Made by a program: the position numbers and the translations under genes
From: Rhizaria sp. SCN 62-66
Lineage: Eukaryota
Assembly (NCBI GenBank): GCA_001724265.1
Contig: MEDY01000022.1
Span: forward strand, 1 to 64,000
Length of the DNA: 64,000 nucleotides
Reading direction: 5' to 3'
The notes under the pieces: model-generated
Database searches by the model: none
What the model saw: only the letters and a program-made list of their open reading frames with translations
What the model was told of the DNA's origin: nothing
Part shown: piece after piece, positions 11,728 to 23,700 of the stretch
Numbering within the stretch: position 1 is the stretch's first letter
How the letters are laid out: each line of letters starts with the position of its first letter

Positions 11728-13194
11728 TTACAGGGGCTTGTTGGAGGTCTGCGAGGCAAACGAGGTGTAGCTGTTGTCCTGCCTGAGCCACGCGCGCTCG
11801 TACTCGCCGTCGATGTGCGTCAGCGCGCTGCGGAGCGTCGAGTGCTGGAACTCGTACCCCGTCGCAAGCGCCTTGGCGGGATACACCTTGGTGGACTCAG
11901 TCATGAGCTCCGCCCGCAGCGCACCGTACCGCTTGACAACGCTCTTGCGCGGAACGTTAAAGGGCAGGAAGGGCTTATCGAGCACGTGCGCGATGCCCGA
12001 CATGATCTCGGTGTTGGTCGCGGGGACGGGCGCAACGCCGTTGAGTGCGCCACGGACGTCGCTGCACGTAAGTCCGTGGACGAAGAGCCCCATGGCGTCG
12101 TCAACGTGCACCCACGGCGTGTACTGCTCGCCCGAGCCCAGTCCAGCCAGCACGGCGTGCGAGGCCGCCTCCTCGACCACGGGCGCGGAGCGGCCGATGA
12201 CGGCGCCCAGCCGGAGGTTGACGACGCGGACGTCAGCGTCGGTGCGCGGCGTCGTCTCCCAGTCGATGTCCGACATCGACCGCGCAACCTCGGGGATCAC
12301 GTACGTGTTCTGCCCCAGCGGCAGCCCCGCCAGGTCAAGTGAGTTGAGCCCGCCGCGCTCGAACGCGTCGCGGTCGGCCATAGCCTCGGTCGTGATGCGC
12401 TGGAGCTCGCGCTCGGCCTCAACATCACCCTTGGCGGCGCGCGCGGCCAGCTCCATGCGCTGCTTCTCCGCCTTGTAGATCGTCTCGCCGCGCGCGTTGC
12501 GGCCGACCTTGTACAGGTTCTTCGGGATCACCGGGGCGGCCTTCTCGCCGGCGCCCAGGATGATGGAGGCGTTCTCGGCCGCCTCGGCCAGGCGCGAGAA
12601 GTACGGCAGCGAGAGCGCGCCGAACTGGTCCAGATCGGGGTGGCGGTACCTAAAAACGGTCAAAAAAGTCAAAACAAAAGAAAATAAGTTCAACAGATTA
12701 GACTTTCTGAGGTGAAGATATCGGTAGTGTTTAAATTCTGAGGGATTGATTGAAACGTACCGCTCGTCGTAGACGGTGGTGCGCGAGGGCGGGTAGTAGC
12801 TGGCGCACGACGCCGTAATAAACGCGCGGGGCTTCGAGTCGCTCTGGCGGATGGCCTGCGCGAGGATGCCGTTGGTGTAGACGCGAGACGCCTCGATCTC
12901 GGCCTTGGCGGCGTCGGAGAAGTGGCCCTTGGTCAGCACGCGCGCGCCAGCGACGTTGATCACAAAGTCGATGCCGCGCGGCAGCCCATGGTCGACGACG
13001 TCGGTCCACTCGATCTGCGTGAACTCGTCCACGGGGCCAGAGCGGTTGCGCGACAACGGGAGGACCTCGAAGTTGCGCGAGCGGAGGTGGTGCTCGAGGC
13101 AGCGGCCCAGGTAGCCGCCCGCGCCGCCGAGCAGCACGCGCAGCGGCCGGCCCGCGGACTTGAGCGAGATGTACGACGTGGAGGCCCTGCTCAT
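11728..13194 (-). CDS. SDR39U1: NAD-dependent epimerase family protein, SDR39U1/YfcH (TIGR01777)-like. Exons 13194-12761 and 12649-11728, ~451 aa
   Basis: VLLGGAGGYLG Rossmann motif, VINVAGA, IEASRV, FITASCASYY, RVVNLRLGAVIG, LGSGEQYTPWVHVDD, GALNGVAP and C-terminal KVYPAKALATGYEFQH (DUF1731-like). TAA stop. Confidence 0.88.
   Translation of the reverse strand: MSRASTSYISLKSAGRPLRVLLGGAGGYLGRCLEHHLRSRNFEVLPLSRNRSGPVDEFTQIEWTDVVDHGLPRGIDFVINVAGARVLTKGHFSDAAKAEIEASRVYTNGILAQAIRQSDSKPRAFITASCASYYPPSRTTVYDERYVSINPSEFKHYRYLHLRKSNLLNLFSFVLTFLTVFRYRHPDLDQFGALSLPYFSRLAEAAENASIILGAGEKAAPVIPKNLYKVGRNARGETIYKAEKQRMELAARAAKGDVEAERELQRITTEAMADRDAFERGGLNSLDLAGLPLGQNTYVIPEVARSMSDIDWETTPRTDADVRVVNLRLGAVIGRSAPVVEEAASHAVLAGLGSGEQYTPWVHVDDAMGLFVHGLTCSDVRGALNGVAPVPATNTEIMSGIAHVLDKPFLPFNVPRKSVVKRYGALRAELMTESTKVYPAKALATGYEFQHSTLRSALTHIDGEYERAWLRQDNSYTSFASQTSNKPL
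12650..12760 (-). other. Spliceosomal intron (111 nt, in-frame and stop-free)
   Basis: CG|GTACGT...TTTTTAG|G; an AT-rich island inside a GC-rich ORF. Confidence 0.85.
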
Positions 13195-14047
13195 CTTGAT
13201 GGTAAATGCGAAAGCGGCGAACGACGGGGTCGCAGGGAAGGGTGCGGCGGAGTGTTTAGGAGTGTGTTCTTCGGGGAGTTGGGTTGGGAAGGGCTGTAAG
13301 TGGTGACAATGGAATAGGGTGGAGATACGGGAAAGATTATGAGAAATTTACGCAATATAAAACTTCACTGGATGCGTTAAATATCTCGACACTACGTTAT
13401 TGTATGAGATATGCTGGATGGCAAGTGGCCGCTTGAAGCTGAGCACTTTGGGTCTGTTCAAGGGTCTAGATAGGCACCATAGACGTGATATCAGGAGATA
13501 GCATTTTGGAAACAAGGAGATCAGAGCAGAAAAGACAAGATACAAGAGCGCGATGTCTATTTCACGACGGGATCTAGAACTCGTCCAGTCGATTTTCCGT
13601 CGCCTCTCGGGCCCCCAAACCCCCGATCTCGACCAGATCATTCTGGCAGCGAAATGCAGGAACGAATCAAGACACAGCTTGCAACTGGGTGACGGGTTAT
13701 TTGTTTCTTTTGTATTCATATGTAGGTGAGATAGTAATCAATACATCTCATCAAGAGTCTCATATAAGTAAACAACGTGTTCTTATCTCGCTATAGCTCG
13801 TATTATCAAAGTGCATCGCATTCCGCACGCGTTACAACATGCAGATGCTTTTTTTCTCTTATCGGAGATAACAACAATTCATAGATGATGTGCAGAGTAC
13901 TGGCATTACCATTTACAACAGCCACACATCTCTCTCAGGGCTGACCCTTCATGGCCCTGCATGATCAACAACAGCAACAACATCACAACAACAGCAGCAA
14001 GCATCACTCACAGAACCGGAAACTCCCTCAGCCGCGCGTTACGCCGC

Positions 14048-15370
14048 TCAGATGCGGATGGCGTAGTTGCCGTTCCTGGTGAGGTAGCGGACCCACTTGA
14101 CGGCCTCGTACTGGCTGCGCTCAACGACCTTAAGGAAGCGCACGCGTAGCCCCGACGACGTGAACATAGGCACGTTGAACTCGAGCGTGATGGGCGGCCT
14201 CGACCACACTTTGTCCTCGACCGACGCCGCGATGATGGCTTCACCGCGCAGCGTGTAGATGCCGTTGCCCGCAAAGCGCGGGATCTTCCACTGCAGCGCG
14301 TTGAGCAGCGGCTTGTACTTGCCGCGGCCCGTCGAGACCTTGGCGCTGCCGCTGGCCGTATTGGGCGGCGTCGGGATTAGCATGCGCACGTTGGCGGCGA
14401 CGAGGTTGGGGTCGAAGTTGCCCTTGATCGTGATCTCGTACTCGATGCGCGAGCGGCCGCGCACGATGATCGACGGGGACACGGTGAAGGGCAGCAGGAT
14501 GTTGTTGGTGATGCGGTACTTCATGAGCGTGAACTCGCCGTCGGGCGGCACGAACGACACCGTGCGGTCGTGGTCGAACTGCGCCAGCGACACGCAGCGG
14601 TGGAACGTCACGTCGTCTATGGCGACACTCGTCTTGCGGCCCTGGCCGCGCATGCCCGCGGCGGCGCGGCGGTCCGACTCCTTGTCCATGAGCAGCTTGT
14701 CGTTGAGGCCGAACTTGCACTCGGGCATGCCGCTGAGGTACGTCTTCATCTGGATCTTGCCCGAGACGTCGGAGCGCAGCACGGTGCCGTCGGCCGACAT
14801 GAGCACGTTCACGGCCTCCAGCACGTCCATGTACACCTCGTTGGTCTTGTAGAAGTGCTTGTTGGGCTCGCGCCAGTCGACGCCACCGGTGATGAAGCTG
14901 GTGATCTTGTCCATGCCGTGCTGAGTCGCGCCCGCGCCCAGCTCGCCGGAGCCCTTGACGGAGCCGAGCGAAATGGCAGACTTGAGGTGGTTGATCGCCG
15001 TGAGCTGCGGGTAGCCGTGGTCCATCATCTCGTCCAGGAGCTCGTAGATGAGGACGAAGTTGCTGCGGCAGCCCTCCTCGGTGAACTTGGTGCCGAAGTA
15101 GGCCGAGAAGACGTTGATGAGCGCGATGATGAACTCAAACGCGATCATCGGGTTCGCGTTGAGGCGCGTGGCAGCAACGATGAACATGTCGTTCTGGCGC
15201 GTGTACATGAAGGAAGCGCCGTCGATGTTGACCACGGGCGTGGCGTTGACGAGCCCCGCGAGGACCTGCTGGCGGAAGGCGTCGACGGCCGTGGTGGGGA
15301 TGTCGTCGCGGAAGAACCGCTGGATGACAATCTCACCCTTGAGATTGACAAACAGGATGGCACTGAGCAT
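14048..15370 (-). CDS. AP2M1: AP-2 complex mu (medium) subunit, 440 aa, intronless CDS
   Basis: N-terminal longin-like NLKGEIVIQRFFRDDI, NFVLIYELLDEMMDHGYPQ, LSGMPECKFGLNDK, DDVTFHRCV, SFVPPDGEFTLMKYR, WSRPPITLEFNVPMFTSSGLRVRFLKV, KWVRY. The WSRPPI and FRDDI motifs fit mu2 best. TGA stop. Confidence 0.92.
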   Translation of the reverse strand: MLSAILFVNLKGEIVIQRFFRDDIPTTAVDAFRQQVLAGLVNATPVVNIDGASFMYTRQNDMFIVAATRLNANPMIAFEFIIALINVFSAYFGTKFTEEGCRSNFVLIYELLDEMMDHGYPQLTAINHLKSAISLGSVKGSGELGAGATQHGMDKITSFITGGVDWREPNKHFYKTNEVYMDVLEAVNVLMSADGTVLRSDVSGKIQMKTYLSGMPECKFGLNDKLLMDKESDRRAAAGMRGQGRKTSVAIDDVTFHRCVSLAQFDHDRTVSFVPPDGEFTLMKYRITNNILLPFTVSPSIIVRGRSRIEYEITIKGNFDPNLVAANVRMLIPTPPNTASGSAKVSTGRGKYKPLLNALQWKIPRFAGNGIYTLRGEAIIAASVEDKVWSRPPITLEFNVPMFTSSGLRVRFLKVVERSQYEAVKWVRYLTRNGNYAIRI

Positions 15371-16372
15371 CCGGCTGTGTGCAAAACGCGCGCGATGACA
15401 GCGAGTGAGAACAAGGCATGTTTGTTGTTGAGCAAACAGGAAGGAGAAGAAGTATAGAGGCGTCGTTTGTCCGTTCAGGTTGGTGACGAGACGGAAAGGA
15501 CGCGTTTGTAGTCGCGAGCGGAGGCGGAAAAGAGATACAAGTCAAGCATAACAGTATATGAGCAAATGGAGATGACAATTGTTGGCGGACAGAGCGCAGA
15601 AGTGATGATTGACGTGGCAGGATGAGGTGTAAGTGAAGCTGTGGAGGGACGCGAGGACTGACGTGCGGCGAGGGATCCAGGAGAGAATTTTGTGTGGCCA
15701 GCCAGAGTCGGTATAAACAGCAGCGCACGAATACGGGTATGTAAAACAACGGCTCATGTTCCACCGCTGTTTAAATCGGCATAACACAAGAGCGAGGCTG
15801 TTTCAAGACGTGGTTTCTGCATCTCGTGCTTGTCTCTGCACCCCACCCAACAATATCTTAGCCGTCACCATCGAGCTCCGGGCTCCATTTGCGCAAATGT
15901 TACTACACAAACAAAACATAACAAAACGTAATCTAAGTTACGGTGCAATTACAAACTGTGAAAGTGACACGGTGGCCTCCAATGAGCAAAGATCTTTCCA
16001 AATCGGAACTATGACGCGGCTTAACTTTCTGCCCGCCCCAGCGTCCCGTTGAAAACCCCCAATACATCCGCGATATCCATACAATGAATATTTACAGTAT
16101 GTTTGACATTGCAACAGCATTTATCACGACGATTTCATTATTATATTGCAAAGTTGCAAGTTAGATTTATGTTCTTAGCAAGTATCAATGCGTTATTGTG
16201 ACTCCTACCGACCATTCAAGTCCGGTCAAGTCTTATATCGCAGCGTCAAATGCATTGAGACAAAATTAGATTCTAATAAAAACAATGCAATAATCTATGA
16301 AAAATAGAGTGCTATGTAAATTGGCTGAAAAAGCCTTATTGCTGCAACGCATATGTTGTTAGTTTTGGTGAT

Positions 16373-17239
16373 TTAAGATGTCTTGGAAACACTTGTGACA
16401 GCGGTCGCTTTGCCGCGACTGCTCTTGGCCCTCGTTGTGACGCCCACACACATATCTTGTGCATTATCATCAACAAAACGCTGTGCGCTATCACACAACG
16501 CAGTATGGGAGCTTACGATAAGTGTCTTAGTACTCTGCTGTGAAGCTGAAGCAGAGTGATTGCGAGCTGTTTGCTGTTCTGGCGGCAGGTTGTACAGAAT
16601 GCGGTTCACGACCGACAGCGGGACTTGGTACGCGTTCGCGATCGAGCGGTCGTCCACAGCACCACCGTCAGCAGCGTCGTCGTCATCGCTGTAGTCGCAA
16701 TGTGCGCTAGTGTTTGTGGAGTTGGCAGAACGTGCTGAGTCGAGCGCGCGCGCGACAGAGGCGACGCGGGCGGCTTCTTTGACGTCCCAGTGCGTCCGGA
16801 GAACGCTAGAGGTGTCCGCAATCGTCGTCAGAGAGGTCGCGGGGTAAGTGTTGGCAAGGTTGAACGCGATGTAGCCAAACAACATTGCAAGAATGGTGGC
16901 AATTAGCCAGCTCAGACCTGCAACAATCCAATACCTGGTCAGGACGAGACAAAATGGCATATAAAGTGGGTAAGACATCACTTCTTGTACAATTCAAAAA
17001 CACGAGATCAGATTAATCAACTTGCATTACATGTTCGATTGATGGGTCACATGTTATGAACGACTTGATACGTACTTGTCTGGGTAGAAAGTGAAGCCGA
17101 GTTGGCGGAGAGTTGAGTCTGGAAGATAGGCCACCGCCATGATGCAGAACCAGGCGATGATCACAGAGACGCGCAGAACGAATCCGCACACTTCAACCGA
17201 CAGGTGTCCATCTTTTGGCTGGCGCGCGGGTTTGGCCAT
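16373..17239 (-). CDS. PIGP: GPI-GlcNAc transferase subunit PIG-P/Gpi19. Exons 17239-17076 and 16934-16373, ~241 aa
   Basis: Spliced product EVCGFV...AYLPDSTLRQLGFTFYPDK|YW...FNLANTYPATSLTTIAD...VPLSVVNRILY matches the PIG-P pattern (two TM helices, YP-x-KYW, VNRILY). TAA stop. Confidence 0.88.
16935..17075 (-). other. Spliceosomal intron (141 nt)
   Basis: AA|GTACGT...CCAG|G; restores the conserved PDKYW motif. Confidence 0.9.
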
Positions 17240-17638
17240 TTGACGGACTTCTGCCCTCCATATCCTTACTTGTTTGACCGACCTCACCTTCGTGTCTCGG
17301 TCCCCGTTCGCCCACCGCCACCAGTCAGTCGCGACCGTTTTTTGGGGCTTGAATTGTTTAGTGTTGGGATACTATCCAGATCCGTCTGATCGCAATTTCA
17401 TTTGAATATGCGATGTTTCGCAACACGAACTACTCTAGCTTTGTTTCTCATTTTTCCAGCTTCTTGCTCAGCAGTTCAAGGTATGCCTTACGATCTCGCT
17501 TGCGAACACTGCTCACCATGCTTCCCAATCAAACATATCCTCTTCCCCTGGCCCCAGAACTGCACCGAAGCCGACTTTTGTCTCTCTACACAGTACTCCT
17601 GACAATCTTGATTAGGTAAATTCTGCTCAACGTCTGAG

Positions 17639-17718
17639 ATGTCTCAGCCCCCGTTGGGTTCCCGCGATGCGGCGAGCGTCACCCTCCCGGGCATCCACGC
17701 CCGCCGCTCCGCTGCCTC

Positions 17719-17753
<35 letters not shown>

Positions 17754-20700
17754 CGGGCTTCTCGCACTCCGCGCGTCTCCCCTCTGGCTCCCCGGCCGCG
17801 CGCGCCCCGGCTATCGCTGCCCCGCTGACCGCGCGCCTCGCCCCCGCCACCGCCTCAGCTGCCACCTACAGCGCCAGCAGCGGGCCCACGCATCCACCCG
17901 GCGCGTTCGGCTCCACCTACGACACGGGCGCCGCGCCGTTCCGCGCCATGCCGCGGTCTGCGCCGGAGAACTTCACGCCGCTGGCGCCGCTGCCGGCCGG
18001 CTACACGGGCAATCAGCCGCCCGCGTCGCGCGTCTCGCTGGTTGACGGCCAGGCCGCGCACAGCAACAACCAGGCCCAGATCGAGCACGCGCGCCAGCAG
18101 AGGCACGCCGCCACCGCGGGGCCCGGCCAGGCGCCGCTGCCGGCCTCCCCGCGCCGGCCCTACGCGCTCGCGCCGGGGCCCAACACGCTCGGCCCCGCGG
18201 GCGCTGTGCCGCCCTCGCTCGCAGCCACGGTGAACCAGAGCTCTAGTTCGAGCTCTAGCTCCGGCTCCGGCGCTGGTCTCAGCGCGAATGACGCCGCTGC
18301 GGTCGCGGCGCGCTCCCCGCACGCGTTGGCCGCGGCGTCTCGCATCGGGATTATTCCGCCCGCCGCGCCGGGCTCGGCCAAGGCGCTGCCGCTGGTCTTC
18401 TTCTTGCTGGGCGGCCCCGGCGCAGGCACTAACTCGGCCGCGCGCGCGCTCGCGCAGCAGTACGCGCTCACGCCGGTGTCCGCGCTGGACTTGCTGCTGG
18501 CCGAGCGCGCCACGGGCTCCCCCGCTGGCGCGCTTATCGCGCGTGCGCTGAACCTGCCGCTGGTGCGCAAGGCTGGCGACCACGGCAACAGCAACAGCAA
18601 TGGCGGCGATACCGGCTCTGATGCCTCGGGCAGCGGCAGCGGTAGAGCCGACGGCGCGACGACGGCGACGCTCAGCGGTGCCGACGGCGCCGCCGCGTCC
18701 TATGGCGACGGCAGCGGCGGCAGCGGCAGCACCAGCGGCGTGCGCGTGACCGAGGCGGCCGCCGTCGCGCCGTGCGTCACCACAGGGCTGGTGCCAGCCG
18801 ACATCACGCTCTGTCTGCTGCAGCGCGTGCTGGATCACCACGTCTCGCACGGGCGCACCGCGTTCCTTGTCACGGGCTTCCCGCTCTCGGTGGGCGACTG
18901 GGAGGCCTGGGCGCTCGCCACCAAGGGCTACTGCAACGTCGGCGGCGTCATCTACCTCGACATGCCGCTGCAGGCGCAGTTCGACCGCCTGCGCGCCGCG
19001 CTCGACGACGCGCGCCAGGAGTGCGCAATCACGGTTCCGAAAAAGTCCTCCGCCACGCAGCAGCAGCCCCCTGCGATCACCAACGCGTCCTCGTCCTCGT
19101 CCGCGGTCCCGGGGGCTGGTTCCCTGTCCTCCGCCGCCGCCGCTGAGGCCGCCGCGGGCGCCGCCATCTCGAGCGGCGCCTCAGTGCGCGGCGGCGGTGC
19201 GGGCTGGGGCTCTACGCCGGCCCCCGCGACGGTCTACGGCACGCGCCGCCGCCCAGGCTCGCCCTCGCTCTCCGGCGACGCCGGCGCGGGCGCGGGCGCC
19301 GCGGGGGCCCGGTCCACGGCGCTGACGGTGCCTGCTGACGTCAACGCCAACGCGGCCGAGCACGCGCGGCTGCGGTCGCGCAAAGTCTTCGTGCTGGACG
19401 AGGACGCCGTCGACGCTGCGCTGCGCCTGCACGCCACGCACGGGCTGCGGCTGCGCGACGTCTTCATCGCCGCGGGCCGCCTCAAGCGCGTTGACGCCAC
19501 GCTGTCCTCCGCGGACATGGCTGAGGCGTTCCGCGCCCACCTGGCGCCGTTCCCGTCGCTGGCGCTGCCCTTCGCGGGGGCCGGCGGCGCGCGCGGGGCC
19601 GCAGGCGGCGGCGCGCTGCTGCCCTGGCAGGGCGCTGCCAAGCCCGTGCTTGTGCTCCTCACGGGCGGACCCGGCGCGGGCGTCACGACCGTGGCGCGTC
19701 GCATCATGGCTAAGTACCGCTTCGTCGACGTCGACGTTGCGGCGCTGGTGCGGGAGCATACCGCGGCCACCGCCAACACCGCTCGTGGCCCTGGCGCCGG
19801 CGGCAACAACAACAACTCCAAGGACGGCTTGACCGCGCGCAGCAGCAGCAAAGGCAATTCCGGTGCTAACGACAAGGCCGAGAAGGACAAGACCTCTCGC
19901 TTTGGCAAGTCTCTTCCTGCCGAGGTCGTTGTTTCGCTGTTGCAGTCCTTCATCGAGGAGGAGCTCGCGCGCCGCAGCCACGCACAGCACTTCCTCCTCC
20001 GCGGTTTCCCCCAGAACCTCGCCAGTCTGGACGTGTTCGAGGCCGCCCTGGGCGACAAGGTCGACATCAAGCTCGTCATCTTCCTCGACTGCCCCGAGGC
20101 CACGCGCAAGCGCCGGCTGATGGCCGCCGCGGCCGAGCGCGCGCACACGCAGTCGCAGCTCCAGGCACAGTCGCAGGCGAGTCTGACGGCGCAGGGCTCC
20201 ACGGGCGCGCTCGGCGCGACGCGGCGCAGCTTCCACCACAGCAACAGCGCGGCGTCGGTCTCGCCCGCCGTGCTGGAGCACCGCGCGCTGGCTCAGGCCG
20301 AGGCCAAGGTGTCGGCCAAGTGCCAGCGCTTCCTGCTGGCGACGATGCCGCTGATCGAGGAGATGGAGGCGCGCGGCGTCGTCCAGTCCGTCAGCGCGTC
20401 GCCCGCCGAGAAGGACGTGTGGCGCGACGTCGACCGCCTCCTGCTAGCGCGCTTCCCGCACATGCGCAAGTTTGCCTTCGCCATCCCCGCCGCGCTCGCG
20501 CCCAGCAAGCTGCACTACGTGCCCGTCAACCCCGGCACTGCGTCTGCCGCGGCCGCGTCGGCCGATAAGCACTCCGGCGTCGTCGTCGCCTCTTCGCCCA
20601 CCGCCTCTGGCTTTGCGAGTGCTGACCCGAGCGCGGCGGCGGGCGCGGGCACTGAGATGGTTGTCTACAACTCTCCGTCTAACGCCAGCGCTAATGGTGT

Positions 20701-23700
20701 CAGTTCTAGTAGTAGTGGCGGCGATTCGGCGGCGGCGCAGTCGATGCAGCGCGCCGTCGTGGTCTTCATGCTTGGTGGCCCCGGCTCCGGCCGCCGCCAA
20801 ATTTGCGCGCGCCTCTCCCGCGACTTTTCCTTCCAGTGCATCATTGCGCACGATTTGTTGACCGCCGCCGCACGCAAGGGCCCGCCGGCGCAGCGCGAGC
20901 TGCTGGCGCGGTGCCTCGAGCGGGGCACGCCGCCACCCGCCGAGGTCACGGCGAGCCTGCTGCGCGCCGAGGTAGTTGCGCACCTGGGCGAGGGCCGGCG
21001 CTTCTTCCTCATCATCGGCACGCCGGCCTCGCAGGACGACCTCGATTGCTGGCAACAGGAGCTCTCGTCCTTCGCGGACGTGTCCCACGCGGTCTACCTC
21101 TCCTGCCCTGTGCACGTGCGCATTCGCCGCGAGCTGCACCGCCTGCGCGGCCGCGGTGAGCTGGCCGCCATCCAGCATCAGCAGCAGCAGCAGCGCGCGG
21201 CGGCCGCGGCGGCGCGGTCGGCGACGCTGTCCCCCGCCTCGCGCCATAGTAAGCAGGCCTCCTGGGCCCCCACGCCCACCAACGCTAACGCCGCTAACCA
21301 GAGCGGCGCGAGCTACAGCGGCGCCGAGCCCGGCCAGGGCGTTTTGACTAACACGGCCCCTGCGGGCGCGCTGTACGACGCCCACAGCCACAGCACCGGC
21401 GACGAGGACGGCGTCGTGGACGAGGAGGCCGCGCGCGCGCTGCACGCGCAGAACGCCTTCTTCACCGACTACACGCTGCCGATGATCGAGTCGGTGCTTG
21501 CGCACGAGCCTGGCGCGCTGCAGCCCGGCATGTTTGTCGGCACGGCGGCCCGTCTCCCGCCCGCCGCCTCCCACCGCGACGCCGCCACGGGCCGGCCGCT
21601 GGGTTTCGGGCTGGTCGAAGTGCCCACGCACCCGATCAGCGAGGAGGAGTCGTACGCCGCTGTGAAGGCCTCGTTCAAGCACCTCTTGGCGCTGTCGCAC
21701 GCGTACCGCGAGCAACACGAACTCTTCATGCAGCCGGAGCGCCCCGCCGTCGTGTTCCTCACCGGCCCGCCCGGCGCCGGCCGCGGCACCGTTGCCGCCG
21801 ACATCCTACGCCAGTTCGCGCTCACGCTCATCAGCGTCCGCGACCTGCTCGACGCGGCAGCCAACAGCACAGGCGCCGACGACCACTTGATCCAGTACCT
21901 CCAGTCCGCGAACAAGGAAGTGCCCGCTGATCTGGTGGTGAAGCAGCTGCTGCGCGCGATTGACCGCGCGGTTAAGACGGATAAGAAGCGATTTTTCCTC
22001 ATCACGGGTTTCCCGCGCCTCGCGGCGGACTGGGCTGCGTGGCGGCAGCTGGCAGAGCCATTGGTGGACGTGCGCGCCGTGGTGGCGCTGGCGTGCCCGC
22101 CCTCGGTCTGCGAGCAACGGCTCATCCAGAAGCACCTCCGCATCCACGCCTCGTTCGCACCCGAAGACGCCAGCGCGAGCGCTGCCAACGACGCGAGCGC
22201 GAGCGCGAATGGTGACTCGGCGAGTGCGGGCAGCAATGCTGGCAGCAGCACTGGCGGGATGACTCTGTCGGCGCTGCGCCAGGACATCGTGCAGTCGACC
22301 GCGCAGCTGCAGATGGCGATCCAGCCGATGATGACGCATTGCGCCGAGCTGGACACCGCCGCGCGCCTGCAGGCACAGGGCCAGCCGCAGTCGAAGCCGC
22401 AGGCAGTCGCCGCGGGCAGCAGTAGCACGACGGCGCTGGTGCCGTTTGCGGCGCCCCGCGCGCCCGCGTCTGCCGTCCCCGGCGCGGCCTCGCTGCCGGG
22501 CGCGCCACGCTGGCCCATCGTGCGCAGCCTCGACACGAACCGCTCCCCCGCCGAGGTCTGCGAGGACGCTGGCGCGCTGCTCGGCGACCTGTACCCGCTG
22601 CGGCACGAGGCGCTGCTCTCGCGCGCGCTCGCCCTCCGTGCTCCGCCGCTCAACCCGACGATCCTGCGCCGCATGGAGGAGATCCGCCTCCGCGAGGCCG
22701 CCGCCGCCGCTGCTGCCGCCGAGGCCGACGCCGCCGCGACGGCTGCGTCCGCCGCTGCCGCTGCCGCCGCTGCGTCGGCGTCCGGCGAGGCGTCCCCGGC
22801 CGCGCACCCGCAGTCTGCGGCCAACAGCGCGTCGCAGCCGTCGCCGCTGTCGGCACAGCTGACGCCGCTGTCGCCATCGTCGTCCGTGGTCGCCGACGCC
22901 GTGATTCTGGCCGCCGCGCCTGGCAGCGGCGCCGAGTTCGTGGCGCGCATCGCGAGCCAGCAGTACGACCTGCCGTGGGTGTGCGTCACGACGCTGGTGC
23001 AGCAGTTCGCCGAGTCCGACTACGTGCCCGAGGGCGGCGGCGCGCAGACGCTTACCTCCGCCGGCGCGGCGCCGTCCTCGGTCGCCGCCGCGGGCGCCGG
23101 CAACGACGTCGCCGCGGTCGCTGGGCTCAGCTCATTGCAGAACCAGACGCGCGAGGCCGTGCGTCTCGCGCTGCGCAACGGCTACGCGCCGGACCCGCTC
23201 ACGGTGCTCTCGCTGCTGCGCAGCCGCGTGCGCTACCTGGCCGAGCAGCGCGGCGCGCGCCGCGTCGTCATCACGGGGCTGCCGCTGTCCGTGGCGTCCG
23301 CGCTTGCGGCCGCCGCGCCCACGCTTGACAGCCTCGACGCTCTCGACCCCAACAGCAACGCTAGCGCGACCGCGAACAACAGCCACATCGCAAGCAAGAA
23401 CCCCAGCGATAAAAACGGCGACGGGAGCGAGCTGCCGCCCAGCGCAGTGGCGACGTGGTCGCTGTGGGAGCGCGAGCTCGGCATTGCGGGCGTGCGCCTG
23501 CGCGGCGTGATCGCGCTCGACGTGCCGCTGCCGACGCTGCGCCGCGCCATCGAGCACCGCGAGAACCTCGCCCGCGGCATCGGCGCGAACGGGCACGTGA
23601 ACAACGCGCGCGGTGGCGTCGTTGACGGCGCGGCCATTTCGCGCTCGCGCGACGTGGCTGAGGCCGTGCGCGCCGAGATCATGATGCTGCGCCGGTCGAT

